From Candidatus Caenarcanales bacterium (lineage in GTDB: Bacteria > Cyanobacteriota > Vampirovibrionia > 2-02-FULL-35-15), in contig JAGVKQ010000010.1 in NCBI GenBank assembly GCA_020050435.1, positions 55,355 through 119,354 of the forward strand: a DNA stretch of 64,000 bases, in the 5' to 3' direction. The notes beneath the pieces are model-generated. The model made no database searches. It was given only the letters and a program-made list of their open reading frames with translations, and was not told the origin of the DNA. Of the stretch, positions 30,768-40,178 are shown one piece after another; the first letter of the stretch is position 1; every line of letters begins with the position of its first letter. A program made the translations under genes and the position numbers.

Positions 30768-31253
30768 CTATTGTGCTCCGCCATTATCTAAAGAAATAAT
30801 AACGTCTGGCATGCCCATTACAATTCCAAAACCTGTAAGTACGAAACCACCAATAGTTTCTTGTGTTTGAACTTCCATACTTTTACCAAGTACAAATGGT
30901 TCAGCCAATGTGACATCTGCTAAATAGCAAAGATCTCCAGCCATTTCACCTTCAGTCCCATCTATTAATACTGCTGGTTGTTGTGTGAAAGGGTTAATTA
31001 AATTTTTTGCAAGTCCAAGTTCAGCAATTTCATTTACATCAGCAGGGACAATGCCACCCATATCCACAGTAGCAATTGCTATGTTAGATCTCAATGCTTG
31101 AATGTTTGCATTAACGCTGGCATTTTTTGCTCTGTCTTGAGCACCAATTAGGTTTGGTACAGCAAGGGTAATCAGTATACCTATAATTACAACAACAACT
31201 AATAATTCAATCAATGTAAACCCGTATTCATTTCTAAGATTTTTCAATTTCAT
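30768..31253 (-). CDS. Type IV pilin / pseudopilin (prepilin-type N-terminal methylation domain)
   Basis: G|FTLIELLVVVVIIGIL prepilin peptidase site and a hydrophobic alpha1-N helix. Confidence 0.75.
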   Translation of the reverse strand: MKLKNLRNEYGFTLIELLVVVVIIGILITLAVPNLIGAQDRAKNASVNANIQALRSNIAIATVDMGGIVPADVNEIAELGLAKNLINPFTQQPAVLIDGTEGEMAGDLCYLADVTLAEPFVLGKSMEVQTQETIGGFVLTGFGIVMGMPDVIISLDNGGAQ

Positions 31254-31340
31254 TTTTATCTCTCCAAAAAATTTATAATAAGGAAGTTCAAAACAATTCT
31301 AACTCAAATTTTAAACATGAGCAATTATGAAAGGTAAAAC

Positions 31341-31790
31341 ATGCAAAGAACTTTTTTAGCAATTAAACCAGATGGTGTTCAAAGAGCACTTGTCGGAAAG
31401 ATTATTTCAAGACTTGAAGAAAGAGGATTTAAATTAGTAGGTCTTAAGCTCATGAAAGTAAGTGTAGAGCTTGCTGAAAAACATTATGGAGAGCATAAAT
31501 CAAAGCCATTTTTTAAGGGATTGGTTGATTTTATAACCTCAGGCCCGATAGTAGCTATGGTATGGGAAGGTAAAGATGCCATCAATTCACTTAGAAAAAT
31601 GATGGGGAAAACGAATCCTCTTGATGCTGAGCTCGGAACGATAAGAGGAGATTTTGCTATTGATATAGGTAGAAATGTAGTACATGGTTCAGATGGTCCA
31701 GAAAGTGCAGAAAGAGAAATTGGTTTATTCTTTAAAAATGAAGAACTTATTGAATGGAATCCAGATATACGTAAATGGATATATGAGTAG
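31341..31790 (+). CDS. ndk: Nucleoside diphosphate kinase
   Basis: [12 protein letters not shown]-like start and active-site NVVHGSD. Confidence 0.9.
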   Translation: MQRTFLAIKPDGVQRALVGKIISRLEERGFKLVGLKLMKVSVELAEKHYGEHKSKPFFKGLVDFITSGPIVAMVWEGKDAINSLRKMMGKTNPLDAELGTIRGDFAIDIGRNVVHGSDGPESAEREIGLFFKNEELIEWNPDIRKWIYE

Positions 31791-31890
31791 GAGAGGTGCC
31801 TTATCTGGGCGTCTGTACACAATGACGTGTTCACATGTCTCTCTTCTTACGATATAATAAAACCCCTAACAAGAAAAAGGAAATTTATAA

Positions 31891-32115
31891 ATGCTTCGTA
31901 TTAGATTAACTAGAAAAGGTAAGAAAAAAGCCCCATTTTATAGAATCGTTGTAACCGATAAAAGAACAAAAAGAGATGGCGCACCATTAGAAGAAATTGG
32001 GACCTATAACCCAAAAACAAAAGAATTGATAGTAGATAAAAACAAAGCTGATTCCTGGATTAAAAAAGGTGCTCAACCTTCTGAAACAGTAACTTCATTA
32101 CTTAAGAGACCTTAA
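31891..32115 (+). CDS. rpsP: 30S ribosomal protein S16
   Basis: MLRIRLTRKGKKKAPFYRIVV... is the canonical S16 N-terminus. Confidence 0.85.
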   Translation: MLRIRLTRKGKKKAPFYRIVVTDKRTKRDGAPLEEIGTYNPKTKELIVDKNKADSWIKKGAQPSETVTSLLKRP

Positions 32116-32140
32116 AACTTTTTTTTATACATGGACTTTT

Positions 32141-32168
32141 TTTTCTAAGGTTAGATTTTCTTAGAAAA
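32141..32168. terminator. AT-rich hairpin TTTTCTAAG-N10-CTTAGAAAA between convergent rpsP and the 32187-32972 gene (weak terminator candidate)
   Basis: 9-bp stem. A T-run precedes the stem on the plus strand rather than following it, so this is not a canonical intrinsic terminator. Confidence 0.25.
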
Positions 32169-32186
32169 GTAAATTTAATATTTTAA

Positions 32187-32972
32187 TTAACCTTCAGCCT
32201 CTGAGTAACGTTCTGCTTTTACTTCTTTTCCACCAAATCCAAATAAAGCTAATAGAGCTAGGGATAACATAGTTAAAGTGTCAAAGCTAAACTTAACTTG
32301 TTCTGTGAATGGATCAAATACATTTGTAAAGTGAGAAATTGCTGCAACTGTACCGGATGCTAAAAATCCAATACCTGATAAAACAAGTGCTAGAGAAGGA
32401 CCAGAGTTTTCAACTGGTGCTATAGCTACTTCAGCTTTTTCTACTGATTGTGCAGATGATTGTTGAAAAGGGATTGTTGCAGGAGGTTCAGTGGGGGGAC
32501 CAGTCCTACTCCCATCATCACCGCCACCCTTTAATTGTTTATCAATAACACGGTCTGCTTCAGGGGGGAATAATACTGGATTATCGCCTGGTAATTGTGG
32601 GGCTGCTGAGCTTGTTAATTCTGATTCATCAAGGGTAAGAAGATTTCTTTGATTTCCTTGTTCATCAAAAGGACCTTGTTGATCTTTTATCCATGCTTTT
32701 GCCGTTTGAGATTCTGAACTTTCAGCTACACCTGGAAAAAGAAAAGTGGCTGGACCGTCATAAGGGGCTTTAGTTTTCCCTTGTTGTCTATCAATGACTG
32801 CTTGTGCTTTTGGATTAATTGCTGTTTGTGCTATTTGTTCATTTGTTTGTAATGCAAGTGAACCCTCAATGCGTGAATTAGAAGCACCACGTGACTGACT
32901 TCTTTGGTTTGCAGCCTGTTGGTAACTTAATATTGTAGGAGTTGTTGTTATAGTTTCAATTGAAAGTGGCAT
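32187..32972 (-). CDS. Orphan Gln/Pro-rich protein with two C-terminal TM helices
   Basis: ORF preceded by a strong Shine-Dalgarno (AGGAGGG, 4 nt before the ATG on the minus strand). No recognisable domain. Confidence 0.45.
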   Translation of the reverse strand: MPLSIETITTTPTILSYQQAANQRSQSRGASNSRIEGSLALQTNEQIAQTAINPKAQAVIDRQQGKTKAPYDGPATFLFPGVAESSESQTAKAWIKDQQGPFDEQGNQRNLLTLDESELTSSAAPQLPGDNPVLFPPEADRVIDKQLKGGGDDGSRTGPPTEPPATIPFQQSSAQSVEKAEVAIAPVENSGPSLALVLSGIGFLASGTVAAISHFTNVFDPFTEQVKFSFDTLTMLSLALLALFGFGGKEVKAERYSEAEG

Positions 32973-33206
32973 TTTCCCTCCTAAAAGAATACAAATACTT
33001 GCATATCTTTTGGATTTATAATTGACTACAGTCTAATACCTTTTTTCTCTTAGAAAATAATCCTAAGAAAAATTTAATCTTTAAAGATATAATTAGTCTG
33101 CTGTGTTGCCTAGATTAGAATATTTTAATATTTAAAGGGCATATAGTCAAATAAATGAGAGGAATGAGTAAATAAATATTTACAAATAAATCGTAAAAAA
33201 TAAGGA

Positions 33207-34577
33207 ATGAAAATGAGAAATTTACTAACTAATTTAATTATCAAATATAAAAAGCAAATAGATTATCTTGAAATAAGAATTGAAAAAAGTGAAATATTTA
33301 GAATTAGTTTTCAAGGCCAAAACTTAGATAATATTGCACGTTCATGTAACTTAGGTGGATCTGTTAGAGCTATGTATAAGGGTGGTTGGGGATTTGTTAG
33401 CTTCAACAGCTTAAATGAATTAGATGAAAAAATCTCATTAGCAATTAGACAAGCAAAAATAGTCGGGAAAATAAATTTAAAAATCCCAGAGAGTGTTCTT
33501 ACAGAAGCAGTGGTAAAAGTAGATATAAAAAATGATCCTAGGAAGGTTTTATCCAGCGAGAAGAAAAAACTTTTTGAACACTATAATTCCATTCTTCTTT
33601 CTCACTCTAAAAAAATACAATCTTCAGCAGTTTCTTATAGAGATGAAGTCAGTACCACATACTTTGCTAATTCATTTGGTGCTTATATAGAACAAGATAG
33701 ATTGGATGTAGTGGGTACGTTTAATGTCATTGCCAGAGATGAAAATAATGTTAAGCAGGCTTTTGAAAGTGTAAGTAGTAGAGATTCTTATGATGTAGTT
33801 TTAAATTTAGATAAACAAGTTCTGGAAACAGCAGAACGTGCTTTAAGACAGCTCTCAGCCAAACCAGTTCAAGCCGGAGACTATACAGTTATTTTAGATC
33901 CCAAGCTGACAGGTGTCTTTATTCATGAGGCTTTTGGGCATTTGTCTGAAGGTGACAATGTCTATGAAAGCGATAAAATGAAAGAGATTTTAGTCCTTGG
34001 AAAAGAAATAGCAAATCCAAAACTTACAGTAGTCGATAGCTCTGTAATTCCAGGATTGCCAGGAAGTTTTGCTTATGATGATGAAGGGGTGGAAGCTCAT
34101 AAAACCGTATTAATTGAAAATGGAATCTTAGCAAATAGACTTCATTCTAGAGAAACAGCAGCAAAAATGAATGAAAAAACTACAGGAAATGCAAGGGCAC
34201 TTACCACTGGCTTTGCTCCAATTCCAAGAATGACAAATACTTATATTGAAAAAGGTGATGTAAATTTCAAAGAAATGATTTCTGATATAAAAGAAGGAAT
34301 CTATGCGATTCGTATGTTAGGTGGACAAACAAATGGTGAGCTTTTTACTTTTGCAAGTGGAGAAGCTTATATGATAAGAGATGGAAAAATTGCAGAACCA
34401 GTATCTGATGTTACTCTTAGTGGCAATGTTTTTCAAACCTTAAAAGATATTGAAGCTGTGGGAGATGACCTTGAACAATTTAGCGGTAGTTGTGGAAAAT
34501 GTGGACAAAATGGTTTACCTGTAGGTGTAGGTGGACCTCATATACGTATTAAAAATGTATTAGTAGGTGGAAGATAG
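33207..34577 (+). CDS. tldD: TldD/PmbA-family metalloprotease
   Basis: HEAFGHLSEGD (HExxxH) motif and the C-terminal GxC...G pattern of TldD. Length 456 aa. Confidence 0.8.
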   Translation: MKMRNLLTNLIIKYKKQIDYLEIRIEKSEIFRISFQGQNLDNIARSCNLGGSVRAMYKGGWGFVSFNSLNELDEKISLAIRQAKIVGKINLKIPESVLTEAVVKVDIKNDPRKVLSSEKKKLFEHYNSILLSHSKKIQSSAVSYRDEVSTTYFANSFGAYIEQDRLDVVGTFNVIARDENNVKQAFESVSSRDSYDVVLNLDKQVLETAERALRQLSAKPVQAGDYTVILDPKLTGVFIHEAFGHLSEGDNVYESDKMKEILVLGKEIANPKLTVVDSSVIPGLPGSFAYDDEGVEAHKTVLIENGILANRLHSRETAAKMNEKTTGNARALTTGFAPIPRMTNTYIEKGDVNFKEMISDIKEGIYAIRMLGGQTNGELFTFASGEAYMIRDGKIAEPVSDVTLSGNVFQTLKDIEAVGDDLEQFSGSCGKCGQNGLPVGVGGPHIRIKNVLVGGR

Positions 34578-34581
34578 AGAA

Positions 34582-34620
34582 GAGGCGTTGTATACAACGT
34601 CTGTACGCAACGTCTGTACA
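34582..34620. repeat. Intergenic copy of the ACGTTGTATACAACGTCT palindrome followed by a tandem CAACGTCTGTAC duplication
   Basis: gaggcgttgtatacaacgtctgtacgcaacgtctgtaca begins immediately after the tldD stop. Confidence 0.8.
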
Positions 34621-34675
34621 ATTAGTTGTTATTTTTTGAAAAAAAATCTTTTTCTGCCGTTATAATTCTCATTGT

Positions 34676-36622
34676 ATGTCAGAAAATATTTTACAAAATG
34701 CCTGGTTAATAGCAGCTCTTCCTTTAATAAGCGCACTCTTAATAATTTTCTTTTTTAATTTTTCCAGAGTTATTAGTGCAACCTTATCAATAGGCGCTGT
34801 TGCTTATGGCTTAATTCATTCATTATTAGTTTTAAATGCAGTTTATCAAAATCCAGAAAGAGTTTTAGAAGTAAATATTCCTTGGATAGTAGCAGGTAAC
34901 TTTAAACTTTTTGTTGGTTATTTAGTAGATCCACTTTGTGCCATGATGCTAGTAGTAGTTACTGCTGTTAGTTTATTTGTTCAGATTTATACACATGGTT
35001 ACATGAAAGAAGATCCTGGATATAGCAGATTTTATTCATATCTTTCATTATTTACCTTTTCAATGTTAGGTCTTGTTTTTTCTACTAATCTTTTCCAAAG
35101 TTACATCTTTTGGGAATTAGTCGGTGTTTGCAGTTTTCTTCTCATTGGATTCTGGTGGTATAAACCATCTGCTGCCAGTGCTTGTGTTAAAGCATTTGTT
35201 GTAAATAGAATTGGTGATGCAGGACTTTTAGTAGGGATTTTAATTCTTTATTTTGTCAGTGTTTCTTACTGGGATAATCACACTACACTTGCATTTAGTG
35301 AGTTGAAAAATGTGATGAAGGTTTTAGTCGATGGAAATGTTCTTCCTGTAGTTGGAGTGCTTAGTATTACTACAATGGCTCTTTTAATACTCATGGGACC
35401 TATGGCAAAATCAGCACAGTTCCCTTTACATATTTGGCTTCCAGATGCAATGGAAGGACCTACTCCTATTTCAGCATTAATTCACGCTGCTACCATGGTG
35501 GCTGCAGGTGTTTACTTGATAGCTCGTTGTTATCCTATTTATGTTAGTAGTGATGTTGCTATGAATATTGTGGCATGGATTGGAGCAATAACTGCTATTT
35601 TTTCTGCTAGCATTGCTCTTAGCCAATATGATATTAAAAGAACGCTTGCTTACTCTACCTGTTCACAATTAGGTCTTATGGTTATGGCACTGGGGCTAGG
35701 TGCATATTCTGCAGGGCTTTTTCATTTAATGACACATGCTTTTTTTAAAGCAATGCTTTTCTTATGTTCAGGCTCAGTAATTATTGCTTGTCACCATGAA
35801 CAAGATATGAGAGAAATGGGTGGGTTAAAAAAACACATGCCTATTACATCTCTTTGTTGTTTGATTGGTGTTTTAGCAATTTCTGGATTTCCACTTCTAA
35901 GTGGTTTCTGGTCAAAAGATATGATTATTGCAGCAGCTTGGGAGCATAATAAAACTTTATTTGTAATAGCATCTATTACTGCATTTATGACAGCGTTTTA
36001 TATGTTCAGACTTTACTTCATGACTTTTAGCGGCAAGTATAGAGGACATGCACATCCTCATGAATGTACACCAGCTATTACTACCCCATTAATTGCTTTA
36101 GCAATTCCTTCTATATTTATTGGTTTTTTAGGCTCACCACTTATTCCAGGTGGAGATAAGTTCTCAGCATTTATTCATTATGGTGAACACCATGCACATC
36201 ATGAATGGGGTTTTGGTGTATTTATGCATGAGTTACTTTCCATTCAAGGTTTGGTTCCATTGTTCACATTTATTGTTGGCACAGTTTTAGCTTATATGGT
36301 TTATGTGAAAGGACTTGGTTTAAATAATTTCTTTAAAGATAAACTTACTCCTCTATATAAAGGCTCATTTAATAAATGGTATATAGATGAAGCTTATTAT
36401 GGTGTATTAAATAAAGTTATTATGCCTAGCTATCAGTATTTATGGAAAATTATAGATAGAGTAATTATTGATGGATTCTTTGTAAATGGTTCTGCATTTG
36501 TTGCTTCATTTGTAGGTGGAGGACTTAGATATATAGAAACAGGTAGAGGACAATTTTATGCCCTTGTAATGTTTGCATCAGTATTAGTCGGAGTTGTAGT
36601 TTCACTTTTCAGATTCAAATAG
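34676..36622 (+). CDS. NADH-quinone oxidoreductase chain L / NdhF-type antiporter-like subunit
   Basis: About 16 TM helices. Conserved WLPDAMEGPTPISALIHAATMV motif of the NuoL/NdhF family. Confidence 0.85.
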   Translation: MSENILQNAWLIAALPLISALLIIFFFNFSRVISATLSIGAVAYGLIHSLLVLNAVYQNPERVLEVNIPWIVAGNFKLFVGYLVDPLCAMMLVVVTAVSLFVQIYTHGYMKEDPGYSRFYSYLSLFTFSMLGLVFSTNLFQSYIFWELVGVCSFLLIGFWWYKPSAASACVKAFVVNRIGDAGLLVGILILYFVSVSYWDNHTTLAFSELKNVMKVLVDGNVLPVVGVLSITTMALLILMGPMAKSAQFPLHIWLPDAMEGPTPISALIHAATMVAAGVYLIARCYPIYVSSDVAMNIVAWIGAITAIFSASIALSQYDIKRTLAYSTCSQLGLMVMALGLGAYSAGLFHLMTHAFFKAMLFLCSGSVIIACHHEQDMREMGGLKKHMPITSLCCLIGVLAISGFPLLSGFWSKDMIIAAAWEHNKTLFVIASITAFMTAFYMFRLYFMTFSGKYRGHAHPHECTPAITTPLIALAIPSIFIGFLGSPLIPGGDKFSAFIHYGEHHAHHEWGFGVFMHELLSIQGLVPLFTFIVGTVLAYMVYVKGLGLNNFFKDKLTPLYKGSFNKWYIDEAYYGVLNKVIMPSYQYLWKIIDRVIIDGFFVNGSAFVASFVGGGLRYIETGRGQFYALVMFASVLVGVVVSLFRFK

Positions 36623-36631
36623 GAGTTCAAT

Positions 36632-38185
36632 ATGGATTTAGGTAGTTTTTTCTTACAGCATGCATTAAGCACCATCGTAATTCTTCCTATTATTGCTGCT
36701 GTAATAATTGCATTTCTTCCAGATAGAGAACCTCTTTGTAGAGCACTGGCACTCATCTTTTCATTAAATATTTTATTAAATGTATTTGTAATTATCTTTT
36801 CAAAATTCGATCCAACTCTCACATCACTTCAATATGTAGAAAGCTATAGATGGTTTGGAGACACTATTAGATTTAAGTTAGGTGTTGATGGTTTAAGCGT
36901 ATCCATGGTTTTACTTATGGCAATACTTCTTCCTATTACTATTATTGCTAGTGAACCCATAGCAAAACAAAAACCAAAGTTTTATTACTCAATGTTAATG
37001 CTAGTTACTACTAGTGTTATTGGTGTATTTGTAGCACAGGATTTATTTTTATTTTTCTTATTCTGGGAATTAGAACTTATCCCTATGTATTTCTTGATTG
37101 CCATCTGGGGTGGGAAAAACAGAGCCTATGCCTCCATGAAGTTTTTGATTTATACATTTGTGGCTGGTGCACTTATGTTTGCAGCTGTTTTACTTTTATA
37201 TTTTGGAAGTCACTCTACTACATTTGACATGGAAGTACTGGCTAATCTTTCTAAAACCCTTCCGCATTCATTTAAGTTTGCTTGCTTTGTTTTATTCTTT
37301 TTATGTTTCATTATTAAATTACCTTCATTTCCATTTCACACATGGTTGCCTGATGCACACGTAGAAGCCCCTACACCAGTTTCTATGCTACTTGCAGGGA
37401 TTCTCTTGAAAATGGGTGGATATGGTTTGTATAGAATCTGTGCAGGATTTTTCCCTACTATTCTTGCTGAGCTTGGAGTGTTAATTCTGATTTTGGCTAC
37501 AGTAAATATAGTCGGTGGAGCAGTGGCATGTCTTGTTCAGGATGATATGAAAAAAATAATTGCATATTCATCAGTCTCACATATGGGATTTGTTTTATTG
37601 GGACTTGTTTCATTAACAGCAGCAGGATTTAGTGGCGGTATTTTCCAGATGTTTAGTCATGGATTAATTAGTGCAGCACTATTTATGTTAGTTGGTACTT
37701 TATATGAAAGAACACATACAAGAAATGTTGCGGATTATGGCGGTATGACTAAGTACATGCCAAAATGTTTTTATATTTTCATACTAGCTGCTATGGCAAA
37801 CTTAGCACTTCCTGCACTTTCAGGATTTGTCGGGGAAAGCTTAGTATTTTACGGTGCATTTAGTTCACCATTTTTCACAGAGCTTTCCACTGGATTACAT
37901 TTTAATTTTGGACAGATTTGTACTATGTTCTGCTCCATTGGTGTGATACTCACAGCAGGCTACATGCTTTTATTATTAAAAAAAGTTTTCATGGGTCCAG
38001 AAAATACAAAATGGGCAGGTCTTACTGATCTTAGAACTTCAGAACTTGTTGTTTTAGGTACATTGCTAGGTCTTGTAGTTTTATATGGAGTCTATCCCAT
38101 GGCACTTACAAAGATCTATGAGCCTAGCTCAGATGCATTAAATCAAAGTGCTCAGATTGCTAGATTGACTGACGATCAGACTTAA
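36632..38185 (+). CDS. NADH-quinone oxidoreductase chain M / NdhD-type subunit
   Basis: Conserved HTWLPDAHVEAPTPVSMLLAGILLKMGGYG motif of the NuoM/NdhD family. Confidence 0.85.
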   Translation: MDLGSFFLQHALSTIVILPIIAAVIIAFLPDREPLCRALALIFSLNILLNVFVIIFSKFDPTLTSLQYVESYRWFGDTIRFKLGVDGLSVSMVLLMAILLPITIIASEPIAKQKPKFYYSMLMLVTTSVIGVFVAQDLFLFFLFWELELIPMYFLIAIWGGKNRAYASMKFLIYTFVAGALMFAAVLLLYFGSHSTTFDMEVLANLSKTLPHSFKFACFVLFFLCFIIKLPSFPFHTWLPDAHVEAPTPVSMLLAGILLKMGGYGLYRICAGFFPTILAELGVLILILATVNIVGGAVACLVQDDMKKIIAYSSVSHMGFVLLGLVSLTAAGFSGGIFQMFSHGLISAALFMLVGTLYERTHTRNVADYGGMTKYMPKCFYIFILAAMANLALPALSGFVGESLVFYGAFSSPFFTELSTGLHFNFGQICTMFCSIGVILTAGYMLLLLKKVFMGPENTKWAGLTDLRTSELVVLGTLLGLVVLYGVYPMALTKIYEPSSDALNQSAQIARLTDDQT

Positions 38186-38214
38186 GATTTAAATCAATTT
38201 CATATTACTTAAAA

Positions 38215-38610
38215 CTAGTGCACTTGTGCTAAAACAAACTTTGAGTATTCATCAGCTGAAATAAGTTCTTTACTGGAATTCACATCACCAACTACTTCTA
38301 CTTTTATCATCCAGCCTTTTCCATAAGGGTCTTGGTTAACGTATTCTGGGTGATCTAAGAGATCTTTATTTATTTCTAAAATCTTTGCACTAACTGGAAT
38401 GTAGAGATCTGAAACAGATTTAACTGATTCAATAACTCCAAACTTTTCGCCTTCTTTATAAGTTTTTCCAACTTCTGGCATTTCAATAAAAACTACATCA
38501 CCTAATTCACCTGCTGCATATGCTGTAATGCCGATAATGGCTGAATTGTTTTCACTTGTCTTAAAGTATTCGTGACTTTTTGAGTATTTTAGTTCTTTAG
38601 GGATATCCAT
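38215..38610 (-). CDS. gcvH: Glycine cleavage system H protein
   Basis: Lipoyl-lysine motif (VIESVKSVSDLY). 131 aa with the typical YSKSHEY N-terminus. Confidence 0.9.
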   Translation of the reverse strand: MDIPKELKYSKSHEYFKTSENNSAIIGITAYAAGELGDVVFIEMPEVGKTYKEGEKFGVIESVKSVSDLYIPVSAKILEINKDLLDHPEYVNQDPYGKGWMIKVEVVGDVNSSKELISADEYSKFVLAQVH

Positions 38611-38843
38611 GATAATAAGTCTATAAGTAAATGGGTTTACAGGTCAATAGGTGAGGGTAAAAAGTAATCAAATAACTGGTGAAGATAATCGGTTATGACA
38701 AAGCTGTAAATATCTTAAGAATTTCAGGAATAGTATTTTTATTTTTTTGAAAATAAACAATCTACTTGGATCAATAAAAATATTGATTAGTAATTCCTTT
38801 TGTATTTATAAGCCTGGGCTGGTAATGATTGCGGAGAAAGACA

Positions 38844-39014
38844 ATGGGAAAAAAAGATGAAAGGGCTGGTTTGAAACCTGCCCTAACAAAAGAAGAAAAT
38901 TGGTTAGATGATTTGTTGGAAATACAGAAGCATGATTTAGAACAAGAAGAAGAAAAGTTGTCTTCCGTACCTAAAAGAATTAGAACTAAATGGATTGATA
39001 TAGATGATGAATGA
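38844..39014 (+). CDS. Possible 56-aa highly charged protein (tentative)
   Basis: ATG preceded by GGAG at a 7-nt spacing. The ORF includes an in-frame copy of the GGTTTGAAACC palindrome (AGLKPAL). It could be non-coding. Confidence 0.3.
   Translation: MGKKDERAGLKPALTKEENWLDDLLEIQKHDLEQEEEKLSSVPKRIRTKWIDIDDE
38862..38884. repeat. Imperfect palindrome AGGGCTGGTTTGAAACCTGCCCT (same family as 25137-25157)
   Basis: Shares the core GGTTTGAAACCTGCC. One mismatch in the stem. Confidence 0.7.
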
Positions 39015-39200
39015 TAATAGGCTAAAGTAACTTCGCTTTCAAAGAGTATTATCACGAGAGCATTATAATGAATTGATTTTGCTAGATCAAATAATTGATC
39101 ATGAGCAAAATTTGGAACTTCTTTATTTTTAAGACTTCAATTTATGTACTGTTCCCTGTTCTTACTAAATTGTTAGATTCAAGTACTTAAAATTAAAACA

Positions 39201-40178
39201 ATGCTTTTTATAAAAATAAATAAAACTAATATTACCCTTTTTGCGGCCTTGATTCTATCAATATCGTTAGCAGGGCTATGTTTTGCATATGATGATAGCT
39301 CATATCTGGATGATGCCAACAGTAAAATAGTTCAAAATGATTCAGTTGATTATGATTCGACTTTTAACATTGATAGGTTTGAAGCAGGATCTAACTCTAT
39401 ATTTGCTCCGAATGAAAAAGTTTCATTTCCAGCTGTTGTTTTTAAACTCAGCCTTATTACTTTTATTTTTATAAGTGCACTAATTCTTATAAAAATGTAT
39501 CTTGTTAAAAACGCTTCAGAGTATAGCTTTGTTAATTCAAATATGGATTTTTTAAATGTACCGGTTTCTAGTGCTAGTAATCCTTCTAATCAAGCTTCTC
39601 TTATTTCTCAAGGTAACATTTTAAGTAATTTATTTGATAATCCTTTTCAGTCTAATCCTGCCGAGGGCGGACCTTTCTCTACAATCATGATGCCTGATAA
39701 TCAAAACAGTGTCTTGAATACAAAAGGTTTAACCATGAAACAGAGCTTAAATCTAACACCTTCTCAAAGTGTTTATGTCGTAGAGGTGGATGGAAAAAAA
39801 CTTCTTATGGGTTGTACTCAGCAAGGTGGAGTGCAGTTGCTTGCTGATTTGAGTAATCAGCCCATGAATGAACAAAATAAAGCTGTAAATGATGACGATA
39901 AAATTAGTGATGGAATAGTTAGTCTACTTAAGAAACTTGTAGATAAGTCAGAGAAAAAAGAAGAAGAGGAAAAAGTTTCTGAAAGTCCTTTTGTTGCTAA
40001 TGTATCAAGTACTATTTCACCTTCCGAATTTACTGCTGATGCTTCACAGCAAATTATTATTAAAGATGTAAAAGATAATGGAAATGATGTTTATTCTTTT
40101 ACAGATCCTACTCGTAGAAGACCACTTAAGAGAAGAAGTAGTTACAGAGAATCATTGACCGTTTATAGTGTTAGGTAA
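39201..40178 (+). CDS. Membrane protein with a FliO-like segment (tentative)
   Basis: Signal/TM, second TM, then LNLTPSQSVYVVEVDGKKLLMGCTQQGGVQLLADL. This resembles the conserved FliO core (..l.lv.v.g..lLlGvt...v.lL). No flagellar genes are nearby. Confidence 0.35.
   Translation: MLFIKINKTNITLFAALILSISLAGLCFAYDDSSYLDDANSKIVQNDSVDYDSTFNIDRFEAGSNSIFAPNEKVSFPAVVFKLSLITFIFISALILIKMYLVKNASEYSFVNSNMDFLNVPVSSASNPSNQASLISQGNILSNLFDNPFQSNPAEGGPFSTIMMPDNQNSVLNTKGLTMKQSLNLTPSQSVYVVEVDGKKLLMGCTQQGGVQLLADLSNQPMNEQNKAVNDDDKISDGIVSLLKKLVDKSEKKEEEEKVSESPFVANVSSTISPSEFTADASQQIIIKDVKDNGNDVYSFTDPTRRRPLKRRSSYRESLTVYSVR

Noticed and set aside
38611-38800. Possible glycine riboswitch upstream of gcvH (minus strand).
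   Set aside because: The reverse complement lacks the conserved GGAGAG...ACCGAAGG cores. Only a TTGACC-N16-TATAGA promoter-like element lies close to the ATG.
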